Source: Opitutales bacterium
GTDB taxonomy: Bacteria; Verrucomicrobiota; Verrucomicrobiia; Opitutales; Coraliomargaritaceae
NCBI GenBank assembly: GCA_049606355.1
Contig: JBMYVL010000007.1
Span: 85,406 to 117,405, forward strand
DNA: 32,000 nucleotides
Direction of reading: 5' to 3'
This document shows positions 10,974-21,902 of this stretch, in pieces. The translations under genes and the position numbers were made by a program. Position 1 is the stretch's first letter. Each line of letters starts with the position of its first letter. The notes under the pieces were generated by a model. The model was not told the origin of the DNA, did no database searches, and saw only the letters and a program-made list of their open reading frames with translations.

Positions 10974-12016
10974 GTTTCGATGCCCTCCAGTCACTGTTTG
11001 TGATCGGTTGCTCGCATCACCAAACACCGCTCGAAGTACGCGAACGCCTCGCTCTGAGTAAGGCAGAGATTTCTGAGCTACAGGATACGATCAAAACTGT
11101 ACCGGGCATTCGCGAATGTTTGGTATTGGGTACTTGTAATCGCTTCGAAATTTATGGCATCGCCGACGCTCCGAGTATCGCAGCGCACATCTGCGAACAC
11201 TTGTGTCAGCATCGTAAGATCGACGCCGAAATCTTCAGTCACTACAGCTATCAAGTCAGCAATCTCGAAGTCTTACAACATGCCTTTGAGGTCGCGAGTG
11301 GGCTCGACTCGCAAATGATTGGTGAGACTGAAATCTTGGGGCAAATGAAAGATGCCTATGCCGCAGCCAAGGCAGCGAACTGTACAGGGGTAATTCTCAA
11401 TCGCCTCTTCGAAAAGAGTTTTCAAGCAGCGAAAGCTGCGCGCACGCAAACGAATATCACCAAAGGCCAAGTGAGTGTTGGTAATGTGGCAGTCGATTTA
11501 GCAGGGCGTATTTTCGGCACGCTCAGCCGCAGTCGAGTCCTCCTCCTCGGCTCCGGTGAAGTCGGCGAACTCACCGCGCAAGCCTTGAAAAGCCGTGGCG
11601 TAACGGACATCACCGTGAGTAGTCGTACGTTTGCGCATGCTCAAGGTCTGGCCGAAAAGTTCGATGGTAAGGCCCTCCCCTTCGAGGATTTTGCAGCGCA
11701 ATTGGAGCAGTTCGACATCATCATCAGTTCCACTGCGGCTCCCGGAAGTATTCTCAGCCCAGACACAATCGAAGCGACACTGAAGCCTCGTCCGGAACGG
11801 CCTTTCTTTTTGATCGATTTGGCGATGCCCCGTGACATCGACCCCGCTGTGGAACGTATCGAAAACGTCTACCTCTACAATCTGGATGATCTATCCGCCA
11901 TCGCTAACCAGAACCTGGCACAGCGCAAGGGTGAGATCACTAAAGCTCGGAAGCTCCTAAAGGCTCAGGCATGGTTATTATGGCTACAATTACGCCGGCG
12001 AACCCTAGCCAAATGA
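10970..12016 (+). CDS. hemA: Glutamyl-tRNA reductase (short form, 348 aa)
   Basis: Motifs: [26 protein letters not shown] (catalytic Cys), [25 protein letters not shown]-binding [34 protein letters not shown]. The protein ends about 30 aa after NLAQRK. Confidence 0.9.
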   Translation: MSFDALQSLFVIGCSHHQTPLEVRERLALSKAEISELQDTIKTVPGIRECLVLGTCNRFEIYGIADAPSIAAHICEHLCQHRKIDAEIFSHYSYQVSNLEVLQHAFEVASGLDSQMIGETEILGQMKDAYAAAKAANCTGVILNRLFEKSFQAAKAARTQTNITKGQVSVGNVAVDLAGRIFGTLSRSRVLLLGSGEVGELTAQALKSRGVTDITVSSRTFAHAQGLAEKFDGKALPFEDFAAQLEQFDIIISSTAAPGSILSPDTIEATLKPRPERPFFLIDLAMPRDIDPAVERIENVYLYNLDDLSAIANQNLAQRKGEITKARKLLKAQAWLLWLQLRRRTLAK

Positions 12017-12054
12017 GCCTTACGGAAGCGCAATCGAAATGCACGATGAGCACT

Positions 12055-13284
12055 TCACTGCCCCTCCAGCAGTCGAGTGCGCCGATGCTTCTGTGGGAAT
12101 TGTAGGGTAATTACAGTACCCGTACCTTGGCTCGATTCGATTCCAATCTGACCGCCGTGGTCCCGCATGATGCGTTGCACAATCATCATCCCAAGCCCAT
12201 GGCCACCCTTCTTCGTGCTATGATAGGCTTGAAACACTTTGGAAAGGTCTTCACCCGAGATGCCGCAGCCGGTATCGATAAACTGCAAATACACATATTC
12301 ATCATCGCAACGGGTATGGATACTCAGTTTGCCACCCGCCTGCATCGCTTCCATCGCATTTTTGACGATATTAAAAAAGACCTGCTTGAGTTGACCGCGG
12401 TCACCCAAGATTGGCGGCATGGCCTCCGGAACCTCAACATTGACGTCAAGTTGGCGATCGATGAGTTCGGCTTCCTGTACGCGCAAGACATCTTCAACTA
12501 ATTCGATGAGGTCGAGTTCGTTGAGCTCCGGTTGCTGCGGTCGCACCGCTTCAAGGAAGTGAGTGATAATTCCGTCCAGACGTTTCACTTCGCCTTGGCA
12601 CACTTGGATCGATTCGGCCAATTGAGTACTTTCTTCACCTAAGCCAAGCTTCTTTAATTTACGCTCAATCAGCTGCAGATGAATGGTTAGAGAGTTCAAG
12701 GGGTTACCCAATTCGTGTGCCACCCCTGCCGCCAGACGAACAATAGAACCGGTTCGTTCGCTCTCCAATAATTCCTGCATCGAAACCTTATCTTCGGTCA
12801 CATCCGAGAGGACGACGACATACCCACCACTATCACTCTGAGAGACCTGCGCATCAATGGGCACCATGTACAAACGAACATAACGATGCTCGGGGTACGA
12901 TAGTTCCAGCTCACGGGTGAGCACGGGTGAGCGCGCAGCCGATTGCGGGTCGATCGAGCGCGCTAAATCCGGGACCATCTTCCACAATCGCACCACGCCG
13001 ATATCATTCTGCTTCAGTCCGATAATCCCTCGCGCAGCATCATTTGCGTATTGCACGATACCTTCACTATCAATGACAAGAATCCCATCTTGAATGGTAT
13101 TGAAAACGGTTTCCTGCAATTTGCGCTCGCGCGCTAATCGCTGCACCAAAATCCCCAGATTCACCGAATCGAGATCTTCGATTCGACCGAGGATTTTATC
13201 GAGGCCGATGTTCTTCATGTGGATAAGCTGAGGCGAATCGTTAAGGAGTTCGATAAAATTGAGGCCCTCACGCGCCATCCTCAA
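12055..13284 (-). CDS. Cytoplasmic PAS-domain sensor histidine kinase (NtrB/AtoS-like)
   Basis: 409 aa with no TM segment. PAS-like region: [30 protein letters not shown]-box [11 protein letters not shown]-box [12 protein letters not shown]1 DTGCGI, G2 [10 protein letters not shown]. An alternative ATG at 13218 gives [10 protein letters not shown]... Confidence 0.85.
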   Translation of the reverse strand: MRMAREGLNFIELLNDSPQLIHMKNIGLDKILGRIEDLDSVNLGILVQRLARERKLQETVFNTIQDGILVIDSEGIVQYANDAARGIIGLKQNDIGVVRLWKMVPDLARSIDPQSAARSPVLTRELELSYPEHRYVRLYMVPIDAQVSQSDSGGYVVVLSDVTEDKVSMQELLESERTGSIVRLAAGVAHELGNPLNSLTIHLQLIERKLKKLGLGEESTQLAESIQVCQGEVKRLDGIITHFLEAVRPQQPELNELDLIELVEDVLRVQEAELIDRQLDVNVEVPEAMPPILGDRGQLKQVFFNIVKNAMEAMQAGGKLSIHTRCDDEYVYLQFIDTGCGISGEDLSKVFQAYHSTKKGGHGLGMMIVQRIMRDHGGQIGIESSQGTGTVITLQFPQKHRRTRLLEGQ

Positions 13285-13317
13285 GTGCTAAGAATGGATG
13301 CACGTCACGCAAACTTC

Positions 13318-13965
13318 TCACAACGCTGCACTCAACAATTGAATCAGGTCTTGAGCAATCTGCTGTTTGCTCGCTGGACCCAAGCGATGCGTACTGCCAT
13401 CTGCGCCGAGCACCCAAACTTCATTCGTGTCCGCTGCAAAACCGACACCCGCCTTGGAAACATCATTGGCGACCATCCAATCGCAACGCTTGTCGATCAG
13501 CTTGCCACGCGCATAGGCCTCAACCGAATCCGTTTCAGCAGCAAATCCGACGACTCTTTGCTGGGCTTTGCGCACGGTTACGGTTTTGAGAATATCAATC
13601 GTCGGCTCTAAATCGATTGTCAGTGAGGCCGCATTTTTCTTCTCTTTCTGCGCGTGCACTTGCTTGGGTCGAAAATCGCTGACCGCAGCCGTCATGATCA
13701 AAAGATCGCAGGCATCAAAAAGCGCATCCACTTGCTGATACATTTCCTCCGCGCTCACGACTGGGTACAAAACGCAACCCGATGGTTCGGTTAAGGTAAC
13801 TGGGCCGGCGACTAAATCTACCGTCCAGCCGGCTGCCACGGCGGCTTCAGCCAACGCGAAGCCCATTTTTCCGGTTGATGGATTGCTCAGATAGCGCACC
13901 GGATCAATAAATTCACGGGTGGGCCCAGCGGTGATCAAACAACGAATAGAGCTTGCATTCGACAT
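13318..13965 (-). CDS. coaB: Phosphopantothenate--cysteine ligase, stand-alone CoaB domain (no CoaC half)
   Basis: 215 aa. [34 protein letters not shown]...LVAGPV matches the C-terminal (CoaB) half of bifunctional Dfp/CoaBC. No flavoprotein (CoaC) region is encoded upstream. Confidence 0.85.
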   Translation of the reverse strand: MSNASSIRCLITAGPTREFIDPVRYLSNPSTGKMGFALAEAAVAAGWTVDLVAGPVTLTEPSGCVLYPVVSAEEMYQQVDALFDACDLLIMTAAVSDFRPKQVHAQKEKKNAASLTIDLEPTIDILKTVTVRKAQQRVVGFAAETDSVEAYARGKLIDKRCDWMVANDVSKAGVGFAADTNEVWVLGADGSTHRLGPASKQQIAQDLIQLLSAAL

Positions 13966-13990
13966 AAGTTACCAGAGCTTAAGCAGACTG

Positions 13991-14773
13991 ATGTCAAAAC
14001 AGCAACCCAGCAGCGCTATGGACGCACAGATTTCCACCGAAAGCCCCAAACCGGTCGTGCGTGAGAACATGCTTCTCAACTTGGGGTTTAATCTCTTCAT
14101 ACCGATCCTTATTTTAAACAAGGGGACGAAGTGGTTTGGCACCGCCCTCGAACCATACTTTGAGAACGTAGCGGTACCGATCTTGGTCATCGCACTGGCA
14201 TTCCCGATCATTTACTTCGGCTACGACTACTACAAGCGCGCCAAGTACAATTTCATATCGGTTGTCGGCCTCGTCAGCGTACTCCTCACCGGCGGTATCG
14301 GCATCCTCAATATCCCTACCGAGTGGTTCGCAGTCAAAGAGGCACTGATTCCAGCTCTGATCGGGCTCGCTGTGATTATTTCGCTCAAAACACCCTACCC
14401 GCTCATCCGTAGCCTCGTCTTTAGCCCTGAGATCATGAACGTGGCTAAGGTGCAGCACGCCCTGCAACAGCATCAGAACGAACGAGCCTTTGATAAACTG
14501 CTGCAGCGTTGCACTTATTTACTGGCCGGCTCGTTCCTAATCAGTGCGATCCTTAACTATGTCTTGGCTCGCTGGATTGTGGTTAGCCCAAGCGGCACCG
14601 ATGCCTTCAACGCGGAGGTCAGCCGAATGATGGTCTGGAGTTGGCCCGTTATCGTCATCCCCAGCATGCTGATCATGTTCATTACCCTGTGGTTGCTACT
14701 TAAAGGCATCCACCGCATGACCGGACTTAAACTCGAGGATGTACTGCAGAGTGCATCCGAAGCCGGGCAGTAA
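13991..14773 (+). CDS. Multi-pass inner-membrane protein (YciB/IspZ-like septation-protein or VC0807-like family)
   Basis: ATG at 13991 gives 260 aa with 5-6 hydrophobic helices ([41 protein letters not shown], ...). The track start at 13919 would overlap coaB head-to-head. Starts further downstream (MDAQ..., MLLNLG...) are also possible. The family assignment is tentative. Confidence 0.6.
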   Translation: MSKQQPSSAMDAQISTESPKPVVRENMLLNLGFNLFIPILILNKGTKWFGTALEPYFENVAVPILVIALAFPIIYFGYDYYKRAKYNFISVVGLVSVLLTGGIGILNIPTEWFAVKEALIPALIGLAVIISLKTPYPLIRSLVFSPEIMNVAKVQHALQQHQNERAFDKLLQRCTYLLAGSFLISAILNYVLARWIVVSPSGTDAFNAEVSRMMVWSWPVIVIPSMLIMFITLWLLLKGIHRMTGLKLEDVLQSASEAGQ

Positions 14774-14803
14774 GCCTAGCGAGAGCAGTCGCTCGGTACG
14801 CGA

Positions 14804-16096
14804 TTAGCGCGCGCTCAACTTCGTATACTTACGCAAGTTGGCTCCGGTGTAGATTTGTCGCGGACGATGAATCCGACTCTTTGGGTTTTCGGCGATTTCT
14901 TTCCAGTTCGCAATCCACCCCGGCATACGCCCAATGGCGAACATGACGGTAAACATTTCCAAGGGAATACCAATCGCCTTGAGAAGGATGCCACTGTAAA
15001 AATCGACGTTGGGATAGAGTTTCCGCTCTACAAAATAGTCATCTTCAAGCGCAGCTTGCTCCAAATGACGCGCAATTTTGAGCAATGGGTCTTCCGCCCC
15101 GATGCCACTCAGTACCTTCTCGACGGTTTTACCAAGAATCTTCGCACGCGGGTCGTAGTTCTTATAAACACGGTGACCGAAGCCCATCAGCTTCGCCTTT
15201 CCTTCTTTGGCATCCTGAATAAAGCGTGAACCATCATCACCCGAACGGTGTATGTCTTCGAGCATTTGAACGACCGCCATATTGGCGCCTCCATGAGATG
15301 GTCCCCACAGGGCACAGACTCCGGCGGCAACCGATGCAAATAGATTGGCGCCGCCCGAAGCTACCATTCGGACGGTTGAGGTGGAGCAATTTTGCTCGTG
15401 GTCGGCATGCAGTAGTAAAAACAGGTCCAGAGCGTCACCCGCACCAGACGAATCCGCATAGGGGCTGTACGGCTCGGAGAACATCATGTGCAGGAAATTT
15501 TCTGCATAACGCCGCTTGTTGTCCGGATAGACAAAAGGTAAACCCATTTTCATGCGGTATGTCATTGCCGCAATGGTACGCACCTTAGAAATGAGCAAGG
15601 CAGCGGTTTCATCAAAATGCGCCAGATCCTGTTCACGGTTATTCGACGACATTTCCGGATAATACGCGCCCAGCGAATTCAGCATTGAGGACAAGATTGC
15701 CATCGGGTGCGCATTACTCGGGAAGCCATCAAAGTGATGATGCATTCCGGTGTGAATCGATGCGTTGTTAGAAACACGCGCACGAAATGCGTCGAGTTCA
15801 GTCGACTGCGGCAACTCACCGTAAATAATCAAATGGGCCGTCTCGAGAAAACTCGAGTGCTCCGCCAGTTGCTCAATCGGATAGCCCCGGTGCCGGAGAA
15901 TCCCCTGCTCCCCATCAATAAAGCTTATTTCACTCAAGCAGGAGCCGGTATTGCCATAGCCCTCATCGAACGTGATATATCCACTTTTGCCGCGCAGCGA
16001 GCGCGTATCTAAAGCCATCTCACCTTCAGTCCCAGCGATAACTGGGAACTCATAATTTTCGTCGTCGAGGCGAATTGTGCCGGTTTTATTTTCCAT
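14804..16096 (-). CDS. gltA: Citrate synthase (type II)
   Basis: 430 aa. Motifs: [45 protein letters not shown] (citrate synthase signature), PNVDFYSG. Confidence 0.95.
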   Translation of the reverse strand: MENKTGTIRLDDENYEFPVIAGTEGEMALDTRSLRGKSGYITFDEGYGNTGSCLSEISFIDGEQGILRHRGYPIEQLAEHSSFLETAHLIIYGELPQSTELDAFRARVSNNASIHTGMHHHFDGFPSNAHPMAILSSMLNSLGAYYPEMSSNNREQDLAHFDETAALLISKVRTIAAMTYRMKMGLPFVYPDNKRRYAENFLHMMFSEPYSPYADSSGAGDALDLFLLLHADHEQNCSTSTVRMVASGGANLFASVAAGVCALWGPSHGGANMAVVQMLEDIHRSGDDGSRFIQDAKEGKAKLMGFGHRVYKNYDPRAKILGKTVEKVLSGIGAEDPLLKIARHLEQAALEDDYFVERKLYPNVDFYSGILLKAIGIPLEMFTVMFAIGRMPGWIANWKEIAENPKSRIHRPRQIYTGANLRKYTKLSAR

Positions 16097-16154
16097 GATG
16101 GTTAGTAGTTCTCAAACTGGCCCTCGAAGGCTCGGCTTCGTGTAGGACCTAGTT

Positions 16155-16793
16155 TTATAACGAATTCAGAAAGTTCCGATAAAGTTGCAACCCTTTTGCC
16201 TGACTTTTCTCTGGATGGAATTGCGTCGCATAACAATTCCCCGAGCGTATCCCGGAGACAAAGTTACCTCCATAGTCGGTTTCAAAAAGTGCCAGTGCTC
16301 GGTCGGCAGGATCGATGTAATAACTGTGTACAAAGTAAAATTGATCCTCTCCACTGCACAGTCCTTCAGTGAGAGGCGCGCCTGACTCAAAGCGAATCGC
16401 ATTCCAACCCATGTGTGGAATTTTCAGCGCAGGATCGATGTCGAAACGCTTCACCGTACCGGCGAAAACCCCCAAGCCGGCCGTATCTCCTTCTTCGGAG
16501 TGCTCGAAAAGAGCCTGTAAGCCCAAACAGATTCCGAAGAAAGGTTTATCCGCAGCAATCCAATCACGTATGACTGCATCAAAACCGGTTTTTACTAATA
16601 ACTGCATCGCATCAACGATGGCGCCTTGCCCCGGAAAAATGAGTGCATCCACTCCATGGAGCTGATCCGGTTGATTGACAATCTGAGTATCGGCACCCAC
16701 GTGCTGCCATGCCTTTACGACAGAGCGCAAATTACCCATGCCATAATCGATGACGGCTAATTTGGGTCGAACGTCTGTTGCGCTATTTTTCAT
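16155..16793 (-). CDS. hisH: Imidazole glycerol phosphate synthase, glutamine amidotransferase subunit
   Basis: ATG at 16793 gives [25 protein letters not shown]... Also [11 protein letters not shown] (catalytic Cys) and QFHPEKS. The track start at 16841 is a TTG that adds 16 non-homologous residues. Confidence 0.9.
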   Translation of the reverse strand: MKNSATDVRPKLAVIDYGMGNLRSVVKAWQHVGADTQIVNQPDQLHGVDALIFPGQGAIVDAMQLLVKTGFDAVIRDWIAADKPFFGICLGLQALFEHSEEGDTAGLGVFAGTVKRFDIDPALKIPHMGWNAIRFESGAPLTEGLCSGEDQFYFVHSYYIDPADRALALFETDYGGNFVSGIRSGNCYATQFHPEKSQAKGLQLYRNFLNSL

Positions 16794-16917
16794 GGGGAAC
16801 GTAACAAGCTGGCAATAGATTGAATCAATGCAAGCCGACAAAGCGCATCGATCCGAAATGCCGAGATACGACCGGAAACTGCGGCGGTAGAGTTCCGGAA
16901 GCGAATGCCGTCCGCGA

Positions 16918-18593
<1,676 letters not shown>

Positions 18594-18596
18594 ACA

Positions 18597-19892
18597 CTAA
18601 ATTCGGATACTCAGTGAGTGGCCGTGCCCATCCAGTTGTTCGAGACGTGCAAAGCTATCGACCACTGGGGCCGCGTTCGCCAGACTCTTGGCATCGTAGC
18701 GCACAATGCTCGAGCGACGCATAAAATCAATCGCCTGCAAGCCACTGAAGAAACGACCCGCGCGTCCGGTAGGTAGTGTATGGCTTGGTCCGGACGTGAA
18801 GTCGCCCACAACAGTCGGCGTCATGTAGCCCTGTAAAATCGCACCCGCGGTGGTGATTTGTCGCGTAAGTGGCTCGATCGACTTGTCGGCAACCTGCAAC
18901 TCCAAGTGCTCGGGAGCGATGTAATTTGCCACAGCCGCACACTGCTCCATGGTTTTGCAACGGACCACAAGATAGCGGTTGCGTAGGATCTTCGCGATTT
19001 TCTCTGCATGCCTGCGCTCAGAAACCTGCTGTGCAAGCGCTTTCTCAATCTTAGCGATCAATGCCGGACTGGTTGTCGCGAGATAAATAATTTCTTTGCC
19101 GCTACCATGTTCGGCTTGAGCAATCAGGTCGGCTGCCACGTGCTGCGCGGTTGCGCCGGCATCTGCAATAACCATCAACTCACTTGGTCCGGGTAGCAGG
19201 TCGATGCCTACGGTTCCGAGCACCTGGCGCTTCGCTTCCATTACATAGGCATTCCCGGGACCGAAAATTTTATCCACTGCAGGAATGGTCTTCGTCCCAT
19301 AAGCAAGGGCACCAATCGCTTGAACTCCTCCGACCTTATATACCTCGTCGACCCCCACTAATGCCAGGGCAGCCAACATGCCGGGAGCAATGGATCCGTC
19401 CGCTGCCGGCGGGGTACACACCGCAATTTCAGGGTTCCCGACCAGCTTTGCCAGCACCGCAGTCATTACTACGGTGGAAACCAGTGGGACATTGCCGCCC
19501 GGAATATAAAGACCCACACGCTGTATCGGGTAGAAGCGCTCACCCACACGGGCTCCTTGCGCGTTGGTTGCCTTCCAGTTCTTAGGCAAGGTTTGCTTAT
19601 GAAATGCTTTGACCTGTGCGATCGATTCGCGAATCGCTTTACGGTCGGTCGCGCTCAAAGTTTGAACTGCCGCCCGCATCTCTGCCGCAGCAACACGCAT
19701 GCCTTTGGCGGTGAGCTGCGCGCCATCGAATTTTTCAGTTGCTTGTAAGACCGCCTTATCGCCTCGCGCACGGACTGCCGCGAGCACATCTGCAACCACA
19801 TTGGATACATCACCGGACGCAGTTGCCTGCTCACAAAACTTACGCAACGCTTTGGTGAATGTCGGCGTGTCAGAGTACTCGAGAATTTTCAT
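18597..19892 (-). CDS. hisD: Histidinol dehydrogenase
   Basis: 431 aa. Motifs: YIPGGNVPLVSTVVM, DKIFGPGNAYV, AQAEHG, GDFTSGPSHTLPT. Its stop is 3 nt from the hisC start. Confidence 0.95.
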   Translation of the reverse strand: MKILEYSDTPTFTKALRKFCEQATASGDVSNVVADVLAAVRARGDKAVLQATEKFDGAQLTAKGMRVAAAEMRAAVQTLSATDRKAIRESIAQVKAFHKQTLPKNWKATNAQGARVGERFYPIQRVGLYIPGGNVPLVSTVVMTAVLAKLVGNPEIAVCTPPAADGSIAPGMLAALALVGVDEVYKVGGVQAIGALAYGTKTIPAVDKIFGPGNAYVMEAKRQVLGTVGIDLLPGPSELMVIADAGATAQHVAADLIAQAEHGSGKEIIYLATTSPALIAKIEKALAQQVSERRHAEKIAKILRNRYLVVRCKTMEQCAAVANYIAPEHLELQVADKSIEPLTRQITTAGAILQGYMTPTVVGDFTSGPSHTLPTGRAGRFFSGLQAIDFMRRSSIVRYDAKSLANAAPVVDSFARLEQLDGHGHSLSIRI

Positions 19893-20081
19893 GCTGTCGG
19901 ATAGAGAAACAGTTCATTTGCGTTTCGGCAAGACAGCGCAGCTATTTCTTTTAAGCACGACCAGGCGAGTTTCCACAAGCGCGCCGCCAGCCAACGACTA
20001 CTGAACAATCTACAGAAAAGCAGCGCTGGGCTGTTAGGAATCGCAGGCAGTTAAACCGATCGAAGTGCGCACGCGGATACG

Positions 20082-21629
20082 CTACTCCCACTCAATCGTG
20101 CTGGGCGGTTTGGAACTGATGTCGAGAACCACACGATTACAACCGGACACTTCGTTAATAATACGGCTCGAAATGGTGCGCAGCACCTCGTAGGGAACAC
20201 GCGCCCAATCGGCCGTCATCGCATCCACACTCTCTACGATGCGAAGTGCCACCACGTTTTCATAAGTGCGCTCGTCGCCCATTACGCCGACCGTCTTAAC
20301 CGGCAGAAAAACACAGAACGATTGCCAGACCTTGTAATATAGATCCGCTGCCATCATTTCCTCGTGCAAAATCGCGTCGGCTTTACGCAAGACTTCGAGA
20401 TCCGCTTCCTCGATCGGCCCCATCACCCGCACACCGAGGCCAGGCCCCGGGAAAGGCTGCCGCCAAACAACTTCTTTCGGCAGTCCTAATTGCGTGCCAA
20501 GCTCCCGAACCTCATCCTTGAACAACTCACGCAAGGGCTCGAGCAGCTTCAAATTCATTTTTTCGGGAAGCCCACCAACATTATGATGGCTTTTGATGAG
20601 GGCTGCCGGGTTGCCATCAATCGCTACGGATTCGATCACATCCGGATAAAGGGTCCCCTGTGCAAGGAAGGTGTAATTACCATGCTCTTTGAGGTCATGC
20701 ACCGCCTCATCGAAGACCTCAACAAAAGTATTACCGATGATCTTGCGCTTTTGCTCCGGATCGGAGACCCCCGACAAGCGGTCGAGGAAAAGTTTAGCCT
20801 TATCGGCCACGCGCACATCCAAATCAAAGTGATCCCCATAAAGTTTTTCGACCTGCTCGCGCTCATGCAAGCGCAGCAAACCATTATCAACAAAGACGCA
20901 GGTTAACTGTCGGCCGATCGCCTTGTGGATGAGCGCGGCGGCAACGGAAGAATCCACACCACCGGAAAGTCCGAGGATCACTCTCTCCTCACCTACGCTG
21001 TCGCGAATCTTCTGCACCGTCTGCTCGATGTAATTCGCCATCGACCAATCGGCTTTACAGCCACATATCTTAAAGAGGAAATTAGCGATCACCTCGGTTC
21101 CCATTTCCGAGTGCGCCACTTCCGGATGAAACTGCATGCCGTAAAAATTACGCTCGGCATTTTCGATGGTAGCGTACGGCGAGTTCTCGGTAGATGCAAT
21201 TGCCGCGAACCCTTCGGGTAGTGCTTCCAGACGATCCCCGTGAGAGTTCCAGACGCGCAAACTATCCGGTAAGCCATCAAAGAGCTTACCCTTCTCTGCA
21301 ATGCTTAGGGTACCATGGCCAAATTCACGCTCCGCACTTTTCGCAACCTTCCCGCCAAGCATATGGGCCATGAGTTGTTCGCCGTAGCAAATCCCCAAGA
21401 CGGGCACGCCCAGCTCAAAGACTGCCGCATCGGGACGGGGAGACCCTTCAATCAAAACAGAAGACGGGCCACCGGACAGAATGATACCCTGTACATCGGC
21501 ATCTTGCAGCACGCTGGCTTGCGTATTGTAAGGATAAATTCGGGACAGGACATTGGCCTCGCGAATGCGACGGGCAATCACCTGTGTGTATTGAGAACCG
21601 AAATCGAGAACTGCGATATGCTCTGGCAT
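20082..21629 (-). CDS. guaA: GMP synthase (glutamine-hydrolysing)
   Basis: 515 aa. GATase [10 protein letters not shown] and QFHPEV. PP-loop [12 protein letters not shown]-terminal KPPSTIEWE. Confidence 0.97.
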   Translation of the reverse strand: MPEHIAVLDFGSQYTQVIARRIREANVLSRIYPYNTQASVLQDADVQGIILSGGPSSVLIEGSPRPDAAVFELGVPVLGICYGEQLMAHMLGGKVAKSAEREFGHGTLSIAEKGKLFDGLPDSLRVWNSHGDRLEALPEGFAAIASTENSPYATIENAERNFYGMQFHPEVAHSEMGTEVIANFLFKICGCKADWSMANYIEQTVQKIRDSVGEERVILGLSGGVDSSVAAALIHKAIGRQLTCVFVDNGLLRLHEREQVEKLYGDHFDLDVRVADKAKLFLDRLSGVSDPEQKRKIIGNTFVEVFDEAVHDLKEHGNYTFLAQGTLYPDVIESVAIDGNPAALIKSHHNVGGLPEKMNLKLLEPLRELFKDEVRELGTQLGLPKEVVWRQPFPGPGLGVRVMGPIEEADLEVLRKADAILHEEMMAADLYYKVWQSFCVFLPVKTVGVMGDERTYENVVALRIVESVDAMTADWARVPYEVLRTISSRIINEVSGCNRVVLDISSKPPSTIEWE

Positions 21630-21665
21630 GATGTAAGAGAGACTCTGTGTGGCGTGTGCTGTAAA

Positions 21666-21899
21666 CTAAAATCTAAGGCGACCGTTGGTAAATCCACATT
21701 GTGGGCACTCGCATTCGTTGCTCGCAAAGGGACCAGTGTAAATCTGGCTGCACTTAATACAGTGATAAATCACCTTTGGGCGGTGTGCCTGAAAGCGATG
21801 GCTATCGCGCCAATCACTGTAGAACCATAAGCCGAAGAGCAGCAGAAAACCGCCTCCCAGATAAAGTAGAAATAAAATATCTACATCAATTGAGATCAC
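21666..21899 (-). CDS. Small membrane-anchored zinc-ribbon protein (hypothetical)
   Basis: 77 aa. One TM helix (ILFLLYLGGGFLLLFGLWFY) is followed by CIKC-x15-CPQC, a 4-Cys ribbon. It has a GTG start (no in-frame ATG) 3 nt after the smc stop and lies 36 nt upstream of guaA on the same strand. I recognise no homology. Confidence 0.5.
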   Translation of the reverse strand: MISIDVDILFLLYLGGGFLLLFGLWFYSDWRDSHRFQAHRPKVIYHCIKCSQIYTGPFASNECECPQCGFTNGRLRF

Positions 21900-21902
21900 G
21901 AT

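Noticed and set aside
19893-20081. His-operon attenuator or leader peptide, or a guaA terminator, in the 189-nt guaA-hisD spacer.
   Set aside because: There is no run of His codons on the minus strand, no T-box-like elements that I can recognise, and no convincing GC-rich stem with a U-tract.
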